A DNA stretch of 63,999 bases, filler included, from Asterionella formosa (lineage: Eukaryota), in the NCBI GenBank assembly GCA_002256025.1. It is 13 parts of 13 records of this genome, joined end to end, with 100 filler letters (N's around TTAATTAATTAA, not from the genome) between each part and the next. Parts side by side here need not be neighbours in the genome. Positions count along the whole stretch, not along the records: positions 23,629 to 25,065 come from NKIB01002448.1; positions 25,166 to 48,674 come from NKIB01002449.1; 11 more parts are not named here. The stretch is one strand, 5' to 3'. A program made the position numbers and the translations under genes. A model generated the notes under the pieces. The model saw only the letters and a program-made list of their open reading frames with translations. It was not told the DNA's origin and searched no databases. Each line of letters begins with the position of its first letter. The stretch's first letter is position 1. Positions 23,629 through 35,076 of the stretch are shown here, piece by piece.

Positions 23629-25065
23629 ACTGTCCCCAGTTGGTACCAGGGCACCGCTCTCCTCCGTCCCCACTGCCAAGTCATCAATGAAGATGTTGAA
23701 CAGTATAGGCGAAAGAGGGCAACCCTGCCGCACACCTCGCAACAGTCTGCAGGGGTCCGAGTACAGGGCAGTCAAGCCACCCCCCACTCGTACCCTGATT
23801 GTACTGCTGCGATAAAGGGCACGTAGAAAAGCAAGGCAACGTCCCCTGATCCCAAACCTGGATAGTTTCGCAAAGAGCGCCTCGTGGGGCACCGTATCAT
23901 ATGCCTTCTTGAGGTCTACGAATACCACGTAGGTCGGCTCTCCCACTATCCTCCGGCGTTGTATGATTTCCATGACACAGGCTACCTGGGTTACACATTC
24001 CTCTCTCTGGCGAAAGCCAGCCTGGGCTCGGCTAAACAGCCCTCGAGATTCCGCTTCCACATTTATCCTGGTACCAAGGATCACACACACCACCTTGAGG
24101 ACAGTGGCCATGAGCGAAATCCCCCGATAGTTGTTCATATCAGCCAAGTCCCCTTTCTTAGGTATTGAGACGACCAGTGACTCAGCCCACGACTGGGCCA
24201 CCAGTCCCCTCTCATACGCAAAGTTGAGTAGGGTTCCTAGTGAGTCCGTCATTGGAGCGGATGGTGGCGGGGCGGGCTCCTCTTCCCGATAGTTTTGAAG
24301 GTGGGAAAGTAGGGCCCGTTCCTCCGCCAAACATGCCTGTAGCAGTTCAGTGGGTATCCCGTCACCGCCCGGAGCACGATGGCTCTTCATCTTCCTCAGG
24401 GCAGTCCAAATATCGGAGGTTGTGAAGGGTTCGTCCAGCGAACGGATCCCCTCATTTGCCTGTGGGTGCGGGTCAAATTTCTCCCAATATTGGGCCTCCT
24501 GGCTATGACCGGTTTCATCTGCTGCTAGAGAGGCATAGTGCGCTCCCCAGGCCTGATGAATATCAGTCAAAGCTGTCAGCAGGCGTCCGTCCGGGCCAAG
24601 GACCGGTTGGACACCTGCGATGCTGCTCTTCTGGCGCCATCCTGCAGTCGCTGAGGCCCACCGCCAATAGTGGCGAGGTTTCTCGCGCATATTGACGTGA
24701 GCCTCCCTAATTGCCTTATACCATGCCCGCCTACCCGAGAGGCGGATCACCTTCCGCGCCCTCTCTTTGGCAGCCTTGTACATGTCCCCAAGCCGTGCTA
24801 CATCTTCACGGTCTCCTCGCGACTCCGCCCTCCGGGTTTCCCGGAAGATCCTCCTTCGGGTCTCAATCGCCCGACGTACCTGTCCTGTCACTCTTGGTGG
24901 GGTTAGTCCCGCCACCCGTTGGTGGAGGTTCAGGTCCTCTGCCACCTGGTGACATGTTGTAGTGAACTTCTTGGCCATACCATCCAACCTTTCCTGGTGG
25001 TAACTGGTGGGGTTTTCGAGTGAATGTGAACACTCGATTACATCCTCCAGGTCCTCCTCCAGCGA
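23629..25065 (-). mobile_element. Non-LTR (LINE) retrotransposon reverse transcriptase fragment
   Basis: RT motifs RAPGGDGIPTE, IPKKGD...NYRGISL, QAGFR, FVDLKKAYDTVPH, GVRQGCPLSPILFNIFIDDL. Noticeably GC-richer than the rest of the window. Probable frameshift or stop near 25040. Confidence 0.93.
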
Positions 25066-25165
25066 NNNNNNNNNNNNNNNNNNNNNNNNNNNNNNNNNNN
25101 NNNNNNNNNTTAATTAATTAANNNNNNNNNNNNNNNNNNNNNNNNNNNNNNNNNNNNNNNNNNNN

Positions 25166-27318
25166 AACTCGTTGTCACAGTGGATTGTTGTAATTTTAAA
25201 TCCTCCGGTATTATAAACACGGATTACCTGAATCAAAGCATCTCGATAGACTTCAGCTGTCTGATTCTTGACCCATTGCGCTGTCCTATACAAAAATTTT
25301 CGAGAAATTGTTGTGAGAAATGATTGTCCATTCACTTTCATTCCATCCATGCAAAGAATCACTTCGCAGTGAGCTTGAATAAGCTCCTTAGGGATCTCGA
25401 TGTAGTCATTCACGACTGGCAGTGGCTTGCGACGAGTTGTCTTGCCTTTTAGTGTTCCGATGTCAGGTCCAAAAATTTTCTCTGCAATTTTGATATCATC
25501 AGTAGTCACTGGATTATTGTTGATCATATTCATACAAATCATTGCCTTGAAATCATTAATTGATGGCGTACCCAAGGCATGAAATAGATCATGAGCTCGC
25601 TTGGCTCTTTCAAATTGACGCTCAGTGTAGAATGTTTTGTTCTCTTCAACTGAATAAACATATGAGCATTCTCCGCCTTAATTGCTGGAGGAGGTTTGAA
25701 GACATATAAGTTCATCCTAATTCTTTTTAATCAAACTGGCTTGTCAGGCAAATGAACAATAAATGCATCTTCTTTCTCAGAGTCATAGGTAATTCTGTAC
25801 CTATCTGCCATTTCGGCATAACTGAAGATGTTTGTGATTGCCTTCTCATTAAACCATACTTCTCCCCATTGTGGAAGATCAGCCTTCATATTTGTGACTA
25901 TGGATCCACCATTTGTGACCAGATGCATGCTTCCATTGGCTGGTTGACATTCGAATATTTTCAACCATTTTTGGAATGCAAAAGACTGTGACACTTGATT
26001 GATTATCCAATAGTATCAAGTCATGCATCTCAGATGCTTGGTAAAATTGTAGTTTCATATGAGCTCCCGTCCATCCAAATTGATTGACATTTGCTTGTTG
26101 TGAAGCTTGTGATGATGGCGGGTTTTTGGAATTAACAGAGGTAACTGTACTCGTGTTGGATGTATTAGCCTGTGCCTGTGCATGACTTTGTGCCCTGTTG
26201 ATAGCCCATTCCTCTTTGGGTTTGTTCTTGTCTTGGCACAAAGGAGATTTGTGGTCTGCTTTTCCGCAGCAGTAACATTTTCCTTTTAACTGTGCAAATG
26301 ATAAGTTCACATCTTCGTCTTCCTTCCCTGCATCCTTTTGTTTTCTTTCTTTATCATTATCTCCTGGTTTCCTGTGACTGTTGGGTTTATTTATTATGTC
26401 AAACCAATGGTTGCTGAGAACATTATTTGATTCGGTGATGGTCTTCGGGTATTGATTGTTGCTGAGTGATTGTTGAGTGTTCAGCCCAGTCATAATTTAT
26501 CCATATTTGACTTCATCAGCATTATCAAGATATAGATAGGCCATAAATTGACTGGAAGCTTGTTGGCGAAATTTATCTTGTAGCTTGATGTCGGTCTCGT
26601 TGTATCCATCCATGGCTTCAACAAACTTGGTGAGGATAATGGGTCCTCCCATGTGTGACTTGAGCACATCTCGTGCCACACGAAATCTTTTGGTGTAGTC
26701 TTGTAGACTTTCTTCTTCCTTTTGCTTTGTAAATAAAAGCGTTCTCATCGCATCTATAATGATTGACATAGAATATTGATTTTCTTGAAAATTTAATGCA
26801 TGTTCTTTAATTGCCATAAGCAATGTTATTGGGTTATTTTCGATCCTATTGTAATCAGTTCTCGCTTTGATCTTGTTCTTCATGGCTTTGTTGCATCTTT
26901 CCCAGAGCAATGCATATGCTTTGGTATACTTATTTTCGTAGGCCTGTACCCTTTTACTGTAGGTGTCATAGTCAGCCTTGAACTCACTCTCATATTGTCG
27001 ATTCTCTGCAGCGCGATCTTCTTCTGTTGTTGCAATGCTCACTTGCATTCTTGGTTTCCATGCTGATGTGTTGATTGGTTCTAACAACTTGAGCGCAGTT
27101 CCTATGTCGTTACCATAGTCGAACACTTTCTTGATGTGATTGATGAGGTACTCAGCAGTAGTCTCATAATCAGATGCCTGCTTCAATGATCCACCAAGGT
27201 AGTAGTTATAGTCATTAACTGACTTCTTGATGGAGTGAGAAGCATTCATGCTCCCTCCCTTGGCTTGAAACTTGCCCTTGGCCTGAGCCTTCTTGGTAAA
27301 CCTTCCTTTGCCACTCAT
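25166..27318 (-). mobile_element. Degenerate diatom-type Ty1/Copia (CoDi-like) gag-protease-integrase
   Basis: Gag 27318-26497, an in-frame TAA, then IMTGLNTQQSL...QYP. Zinc knuckle CYCCGKADHKSPLC, protease LLDNQS, and integrase region FERAKRAHDLFHALGTPS...AEKIFGPDIGTLKGKTTR...ILCMDGMKVNG. Frameshifts near 25960 and 25650. Confidence 0.9.
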
Positions 27319-27598
27319 GATGCGCCTTGTGCGACTTCTTCAGACTCTGGATGGTCTGGTGCCCTCAGATCTTGTCTCCGGACTCTCAACGGTCCACCTG
27401 TTGTTGATTGTGATGTACGGCTCTCTCTGGCCGGCTAATTCTACTAAAACTGTTGAAATTGCGTCCCGAAGCACTCTATGCTTTCTTGTATCCTGTAAGG
27501 ACACGTCAGAGACCAAATAGGCTGTAGATACGAACAACGATGTATCCGTAATCGATTGTAATCATTCCTAAGAGTTTTAGTAGAAATATGGGTTTTAC

Positions 27599-27725
27599 TG
27601 TTGGCGTAGATTGTTTTCGAATTCTGAATTTTCTCTGGTACCATATTCTATTTGATTCACTCGATTCAATATGTAATAGGTAATTTATACCGGGATTCTT
27701 CTTTCCTAAAATAATTTCTCCAACA
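27599..27725 (-). repeat. Candidate short LTR (127 bp) upstream of the Copia gag
   Basis: Bounded by perfect inverted ends TGTTGG...CCAACA, about 280 bp upstream of the gag ATG. Partner LTR is not in the contig. Confidence 0.45.
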
Positions 27726-27907
27726 TCAGAGAGGCAGAAGGAGAGTGAATTTATCCATTCATCCGGCACGATGATACCGAACTACTTATCCATAAGTACA
27801 ATTATTTATCGGTAAATTTCATCGAACACAAATTAACAATTACCGGTAGCAGAAATATAGGTAAAAAAATAAGTGTGGATAAAATACAAAAACCAAATAG
27901 CCCCAGC

Positions 27908-28412
27908 ATGACGACGGTTTCAAGTGGCGGTGCTATGCTGCAACGAGAGGAAGAAAACGAAGCTGATGTCCGACGAGAAGATCAGGACAAGATCAATGAG
28001 TTTGCCAGCTTGAACGCCCGATTGCATGAAATTCGAGACGAAGCAGAGAGTCTCAAGGTGCGTCGGATATCGAACGACGTGGGCGGCTATGTGTTCTTCA
28101 GAGTTGATCCATCGCATTCTCACCGTCCTTCCACCGGATTATTATTTACAGAAAAAGTTACAAGGCATTGATGATGCATCGACGGAGCTAATGATGGGCA
28201 ATGGGGACAAGGTCTTGATCATGTTGGGCGAAGCCTTCTTTGAATCGTCAGAACAGGATGCTACTGAGCTTTGCGAGGAGCAGGTAGAGAATTTTCAAGC
28301 AACTATAGAAGTTCTCAACGATGAGGAAACGACAATAGTCGAGAGGCAGTCGCAACTGAAAAAAGATCTTTATGGTCGCTTTGGAAAGTCGATCCAACTG
28401 GAAGATTCATAA
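27908..28412 (+). CDS. PFDN4: Prefoldin subunit 4; exons 27908-28057, 28152-28412
   Basis: Motifs DVRREDQDKINEFASLNAR, LGEAFF, LKKDLYGRFGKSIQLE. GT..AG intron 28058-28151 is phase 0. Confidence 0.93.
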
Positions 28413-28597
28413 AGTGGAATCAAGGGTGAGCTAGTATTATGTTTGTGAGCGAAGTAACGCCGTTTTCTTTCTGGGTAGACGAAAAATATTAACTGTTATC
28501 GATACTAATAAATCCTATGCTAGCAATATAAAATTAAAGATCCGGCCTAAGACACGTGAATGAGACAAGTGGTTGCGTCAAAATGGGAAACATCCCC

Positions 28598-30145
28598 TTA
28601 CAGCTCATCCAATTCGTCAAAGAATCCAATTGCATCAAGCTCTAATCGACGCTGCTCCGACAGTGAATTTTTCACACCACGCAGCATTCCTTTGTAAAAG
28701 GATTTTTGCTTGAAAACCCAATTACCCAAAGTTGGATGATCCCGAGGAACGTCGAAATCGCCGTGCTTAGCAAAGTATCCCTTTAGCAGTGCGAGCTTTC
28801 GGTACCACTGCAAATCCCACTCAATCTGCTTTGTGTCTCCTCGGTCCCAGTCAAAACCAAGTGCATTTAATCTAGACACTCGTTGAGCTGTCAAATTACT
28901 CCTTATATTCCGTTGATACTTTGAGAATTCTACTCTTTGCCGCTCGCACCACTGGCCAAGTGCTCCAATGCTCTTTGGAACATTTGTGTGCCCGTTCTCT
29001 TTGTGATAAATGGTAAGGGCTTCCAGCCTTTTGTCCCACAACCACGTGTGAGTGTTCCAGACAAAATCAATCTCATTCAGTCGTTGTATACGTTCTAGCG
29101 AAGTTGCTCCAACCTTGTCATCTGGCTCGAAAACATGGGGTCCAAGCTTATAGCGTTGGGCGTTGACCCATGTACCCAGCCGACCGTAACCCCTAGCAAC
29201 GCGGGTATGGCCATATTTCATTTTAAACTCCATGAGTTCTTCCAAACGTTCCTCCCATTCGGAGTCAACTCGCCTACTTTTTCGGCGCCTTTTGAGACTA
29301 GCATCAAATCCGATATCTTCCAATGCCAAGCGGTGAGATTCTGTTAATGTAGAGTTCCCACCGCGAAGCCAGTGCAAATATTCTCGTCGTCGACTGTAGA
29401 ACCAGCTTCCTATGGATCCTTCAGTGACCTTGGGCCATTGTCCGTTGTTCTCCATTTTGAATTCCTGGAGCTGGCGGAGTCCCTCTTGGAACTGTGTTTC
29501 TGCCACATCCCAAATGAATCCAAGCTCGTTGAGGCTGTCTATTCTGGACTGAGTCATTTCACCGTTGTTGTACTCTCGCCGCTGTTTGGTACACCATTGA
29601 CCCAAGGTAGCGTACTTCATTTGCACGTTGCAGTGTCCAAATTCGTTCCGAAAGTCAGCCAGGTCTTGTAGACGTTCCAGCCATTGAGCCTCGTGCATGT
29701 CCCAAAGAAAGTCAATCTCATTCAAAAGTTCAATTTTGTCAGCAGTCAGGAACGTCTCTTCTCCTTTCTTCCACTTGTTGTATTGCTTCCGCTGTCGTTG
29801 TACGAACTGTCGCAATCCGATCCAATCTGGGTCCTCCTGCCTAGGGGCCGCCGTGTGGCCATGGATTCGATGGAATTCTTTGAGTTGCTCGTACCGCTGT
29901 TCCCACGTGTATGTTTGGGATGGATAGTTCTTGGACTTTCTCAGTTTCCTGCTAGTATTCGCACTCATGGATGTCGACGATTCTGCCATGAATCGCCAAG
30001 AGCGCGAATGGTGCGCCCTGACCTTGGAAGGATCATTCTTGGGTGTTGTGACGGTGAAGCTATTGGTGGATTGGATGTTCTCAAAGACAACAGCCAAACA
30101 CCAGCAGCACACAAAGAAGCGCAAGGTGGTGGCTTCTCGCCTCAT
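28598..30145 (-). CDS. Helicase-associated (HA) repeat protein, six HA domains, probable plastid presequence
   Basis: Six repeats of W..R...L..(F/Y)...GH..V....LG.W...QR......R...L..IGF.W. Hydrophobic N-terminus followed by TNS|FTV and an S/T/R-rich region. Confidence 0.9.
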   Translation of the reverse strand: MRREATTLRFFVCCWCLAVVFENIQSTNSFTVTTPKNDPSKVRAHHSRSWRFMAESSTSMSANTSRKLRKSKNYPSQTYTWEQRYEQLKEFHRIHGHTAAPRQEDPDWIGLRQFVQRQRKQYNKWKKGEETFLTADKIELLNEIDFLWDMHEAQWLERLQDLADFRNEFGHCNVQMKYATLGQWCTKQRREYNNGEMTQSRIDSLNELGFIWDVAETQFQEGLRQLQEFKMENNGQWPKVTEGSIGSWFYSRRREYLHWLRGGNSTLTESHRLALEDIGFDASLKRRRKSRRVDSEWEERLEELMEFKMKYGHTRVARGYGRLGTWVNAQRYKLGPHVFEPDDKVGATSLERIQRLNEIDFVWNTHTWLWDKRLEALTIYHKENGHTNVPKSIGALGQWCERQRVEFSKYQRNIRSNLTAQRVSRLNALGFDWDRGDTKQIEWDLQWYRKLALLKGYFAKHGDFDVPRDHPTLGNWVFKQKSFYKGMLRGVKNSLSEQRRLELDAIGFFDELDEL

Positions 30146-30312
30146 AATATGATATAGACTGTATTCCTTGCTGTGTGCTCAATGCCGAGACCTTTATTTT
30201 GTTTCCAGGGTGAGGAATGGTAGACTATGTCACTATTCCTATGTATCCAAGCTGTGATGACCAGCTTCTTTGTTTAGATACAAAGAAATTGGGGAGAACA
30301 GTTTCAAATCAG

Positions 30313-30845
30313 CTACCGGTATGTACCAGTACCAGGTACCTGGTACCGGTGGTAATAGCAACACCTCATCATCATTAACCACACATTTTTCCAATGTGTG
30401 CGTACCAGGTACCAGGACTTGTAGTACCTGGTACATACCAAAAGTCTTCATTGTTTTTAAAGAAGTATCCTCAACCTAAAGAAATCATAGCCACCACGCA
30501 CAGCAGGATCTACATACATGACAGAAATAAACGCCATGATGCTTCGTCACTGCCTCGCTGTCAGTCAGCAGCAGCCGAAGAATTTCATCAAGGCAGCCAG
30601 GCAGCAGCGACGAAAGAATTGTTTGGTCGCCCCACCCCTAGGCGTGGGTGCGTTTTAGCTGGAGTGACTCCACAATGTATATACATAGAGTTTATGGAGT
30701 GGACAGCCCGGTATGCTACTTGCATGATGGACAATTGTACCTGGTACCAGTACCTGGTACTGGTACCAGAATCAGTACCAGTATAGTACCAGTACCAGTA
30801 CCGTAACAGTACCGGTACCAGTCAAAAATTGCTTACCAGGTATCG
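30313..30845. repeat. Two GTAC-rich motif clusters (30313-30435, 30737-30845) upstream of the HA gene
   Basis: Examples: taccggtatgtaccagtaccaggtacctggtaccggt and gtacctggtaccagtacctggtactggtaccag. Confidence 0.85.
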
Positions 30846-31529
30846 TCAGGTTCCTTGTTCATTTGAACCCTTACCGGTGGCTCGATTTAGGGTTTCAAAA
30901 CAATATAGATTCAGACTACATACCCGGTAGACTACCGGTACTGTATTTAAAAAAATACTTCTGACGTGTAAAATGAATATGTACTTGGAGTATATCCCTA
31001 CTGGTGTATTTGGAGCTTTCACCATTAGACTACCATATCTTTTTATTCAATATATGCTTAGGGTCATTCTTATCATTTTCGATATGTATCATATTTTTTG
31101 AAAAAGTATCATGCAATGAATACTCGATTTTAACCGAAAAATCCATTCTCTACAACAATAAAATTGTATCACTGAAAAGTATCACGAAAATTCAACGGTT
31201 ACAGGCTTGCTACAATCATGTCCAAATATCCCTCCAGGCTTCCCTCCAGGCTCTTTTTGATAATTTTCTAAAGCCATGTAGATAATAAAAAATATAATAC
31301 CATGTGTGTGGTATTATGACGCACATTATTTTGGTGATTTGATACATAATATCATTGTTGCACTCTGATAATCAAGATATTTTAAAATGACTTATCTGAC
31401 ATCAAATATATGTTTAACTTTAATTCACAACAGTTGAATTATCAAAGTGATGCATCCTCTTGTATTTATGCCACCTCTTGTTCATGATATGTATGAGTTC
31501 AAAAATTCACCATTATCGGAAACTGACCA

Positions 31530-32750
31530 TGTCGGCTTTCATTTCATCTCATGATGATGATGACATTATCATCACATTTTTATTGCTACCAGTATGTGAT
31601 ATAGAAATAGCTAACCAAGATGCCATCGTGGAATGACAGTTTGACTGTTGACAAGGAGGACAGAAGTAGAAGCAGCAAAATCCGTCACCAGGCACTAACT
31701 ACAGCAGCCATCCATTGTTTAGTCCATTCTCGTCTTTGTTCAATAGCAAGTATGATAATGCTCTCATCACATTGTGTGGGTTTGACCATGCTGCCTTCGA
31801 TCTCCTACACCAACTAATCAAGCCCTGTTTTGATTCCTTTACTCCCTGCAGGAAAAATACAGATTCCATTGTTCAAAGTTCATCAATCAAAAAGGGTCGG
31901 CCCAGATTCCTCTGTTCCATCAGTTGTCTGGACTTGAGATAACATGGAGCAAGACTCGTGGTTACTATATGATTCCTCAAACCATTTTTGGATTAACTCA
32001 TGGTTCCTTGAGTGTTTGGTAGAGGTTTCAAAGTGAATGATTAGAAAAGTGCTTCTTACAAATGAAGATGACAATGTGTAACTGCCTACTGAAGACGAAG
32101 CCACCTTATTTGCAACCATGATCAATCAGAAATACCCCCTAATAACAAATTGTTGAGGAGCAATAGATGGTCTTAAAATCAACCTGCAACAAACTGGAAG
32201 TGAAATACAGCAGAACAATTTCTACAATGGGTGGACTCCTCATGAACACTATATGAGAAACTTATTTCTTTTTTCGCCTGATGGCAAAATCGCTTTGCTG
32301 CTCTTATTTCAATGCACCTGGGGTTCTCCATGAAACCAACATGGCAATTTTTTGGCCATCGGTCTTTGACCAAATTCAAACAGTTTACAGGAATTCGTCA
32401 GGTCAAAAATAAGTTGTGGATTCAGCATTTTCATCTAAGAAATCAAATGCAATACGAAAATCCAATCAAAATAACATTGATGCCAATGATGATCCTTGAC
32501 CAAAATGTGGTGTAAGCCGTCAAGCAACTTTATTCAGACAGTTGTCGGAATGGGTAATGCGATGTCTTCAGTTGTTTTTTCCAAGGATGAAAGAGAACTT
32601 TCGTTATGAAGAGAAAGGTGAAAGAAAACTAATCCTGCAAATGATTGCATTGCTTGACAATTTTCGAGAAATTAAAGTTGGTCAGAATCAAATTGCTTCT
32701 GTTTAGAACATTCCTTATAAGAAAAGAAGTGCTCACAGGTATGCATTTTA
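31530..32750 (+). pseudogene. Harbinger (HARBI1/DDE_Tnp_4-like) transposase pseudogene
   Basis: Remnants DNALITLCGFDHAAF, KKGRPR, IFGLT, GAIDGLK, QNNFYNGW, LFLFSPDGKI, VVDSAF, RQLSEW.MR.LQ.FFPRMK, VGQNQI, broken by stops and frameshifts. Confidence 0.85.
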
Positions 32751-32789
32751 ATTGTTAGATCTAATTGATTTAAAATTTATTCAAAATTA

Positions 32790-33830
32790 TTTTTCATCAC
32801 TACTTTCATTTTTATCATTAGGTAGTTGAAATTCTATTGATGCACTAGACAAGAAAGGGTGGGTTGCATTTTTGATACTTGGTGCTGTTGATGACATTGG
32901 ACTCATGACAATTGATTTGTACTTTGTATTTACTGCTGCATTGATATCATATTTGAAGCCATGGAGTTCACCATTGCCCAAATGTATTCAATGCTGGCAG
33001 TGGAATTTCTTCTTGCTTTCTGGTGCCCCACACCAGTTCAATATGGATGACATGATCAACATCATCATCATGTTCATCATGTTTTGTTGCTGTGCGTTGC
33101 TGCCGTTTATCTGAATCGGCTCCTCAGTATCACTCTTTCCAGCTCTTGGGAGGAGTTTAGAAACTAGAGACACAGGCTGAGGTCCATCATAATTGTCTTT
33201 ATTTTCATCAGAAATTGCCATGAAGTCATCAACATCTATACCAACAAGGTCAGTTGAATAACCTCTCCACTTGCTTTTTTGCGTACCTGACCTCGGCAGG
33301 ACAAGTTAGGTCACCTGATGATTTTTGACCATGTGGAGCTGAGAATTTTTTTCTGAATTGAAAGTCCAGTTTGATCCTTGTCTGGATATTTTTCGTTGTG
33401 TTCAGCAGCAACACACCATTCCAATTCGTGGAATCCGATTGGCAAATGATTCAAAACATAATCTAACAATGAAATAACCTCATTGAGTCGAAACTGTTGA
33501 CCCTGACTCTGTAGGTTGCGGCGTGCCCTTGGAAAAACTGGTGGAAGCTTTTTGTTTCTGATGTTGACGCCACCACATGCTCTTCCCGAAACTCTTTGGC
33601 TGCTTGCATACCACTTTTATGGCATGAGTAATCATTGCCATTTCCTGTTGATGAAGAGACACCAATCTGAGAGACACTGGACCACCCAAAATTCTGTCAT
33701 TGTCACTGGCTGTGTCATCTCCATCCTCTTCCTCCTCCTTCTTCTCTGCTTCTGATTCTGATCGTTGCTAGTATTTCCGGAGATGGTGACGTTCTAAGAG
33801 CCTTGAAGAGGAAGGGAAACCCTCTCTGGC
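32790..33830 (-). pseudogene. Myb/SANT-like (DUF6818-type) Harbinger accessory protein pseudogene
   Basis: About 33510-33270 reads EVISLLDYVLNHLPIGFHE..W.VAAEHN..YPD....SIQKKFSQLH...SGDLTCPAEVRYAK across frameshifts, followed by the MMNMMMM tail. Boundaries are approximate. Confidence 0.7.
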
Positions 33831-35076
33831 TGGCCTCCTTTGATCGGAAAAGGATAAGGACATCGTCGAAATCTAAAAGAGATGACAATCGATGTATGGA
33901 GGAGATTGATTGATATGCAACGATATGCATATGTATATGCATACTTATTTTGGTGATAGCAAGACAATTGTCAGAGAAGTAGAAGCTACAAATGCTAGCA
34001 ATGGAGTAGCTTCACCATATGGTTCTATGACTAGATATGTTGCGGAAAAGTTAACACAATTATGTGGCTAGCAAAGATATGGTGAAGTACTACCGTTTGA
34101 AATAATTGAATAACGACAAGGGGCTAGTAGTACTAGGGTAAATTAATTCTACATCGCTAGTGGTTGATTCCCAAGCAGAACAGATCGAAACCAGCAGCAC
34201 ACTTACCTTTGCAACCAGACCCTACAATATGTCTGTGAGTGAATTAAGTGTTGGGCCCAATACTTTTTATCTATTATCGACTGTCTCAAAATTCCATTTT
34301 AACAATCACAATCACAATCACAATGATGATGATGATGTTGATGATGGCTAAAATGATATTAGAAAATGATGACGATGAGGGTGAGGATGATGATGGATAA
34401 AATGATAATAGGAAAATCAATGCATTAGCATCATTGCTTGATACATATACATGTATCTGATGTTTATTTGTTTGTTAAATTGGTTTTAATTTATTTATTT
34501 AGATGTTGATTATTTATGAACATAAACAGAGTTTATGTTCACATCTATGTAACTCATAAAATCAGGATTTTTCAAGCAAGCTGACCCTCACATAGAAAAA
34601 TGGTATGTCGTCTATGTAATCCGTCCTAAAATAAGCTGCTTGGCACTTGGGGTTAGGAGAATCAATGCAACTGTTATTGGACGAAGGGAGTACCAGGTAC
34701 TGATGTATATTTTATACTGGAGTACAAGATTCGATATATTGCGGCTTCGCCCAAGATCGACCTTTGGTGAGAAAGTTAATATCCATGATATTAGCACTCC
34801 CAGTATCATGCAGGTAGCTAGACCACACTGCTCAGTAAATTGTAAACCATGGTACGCTTGTGCGGGGAGGAAATAAGTTGGCATCAGCTGATTAGAACTA
34901 TAACATATAGATCTAGCTTACTGTATGTTGACTCTGTGCATACTGACTATAGTACCGGTTGATGCGGGCTTTAAAAATCCTGTCGAAGTTTGCCAATCTA
35001 ACGTTCTAGTTCAATTTCAAGTACCGGTAGGCATAATCAAATAGAGGGAGATTTGAAATCTTGATCCCTTTTGTGA

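Larger units (their letters stand above)
31061..33830. mobile_element. Degenerate autonomous PIF/Harbinger transposon (TIR, DDE transposase and convergent Myb-like ORF); far end not found
   Basis: TTA + GGGTCATTCTTATCATT at 31061. The first ~190 bp match the reverse complement of 41575-41768. Two disrupted ORFs lie inside. Confidence 0.85.

Noticed and set aside
27633..27643. tRNA-iMet primer-binding site (TGGTACCAGAG, minus strand)
   Set aside because: Not preceded by a CA LTR end, lies inside the better LTR candidate, and overlaps the ubiquitous GGTACC motif.
34301..34400. (AATCAC)n and (GAT)n runs as coding or regulatory features
   Set aside because: Ordinary low-complexity microsatellites.
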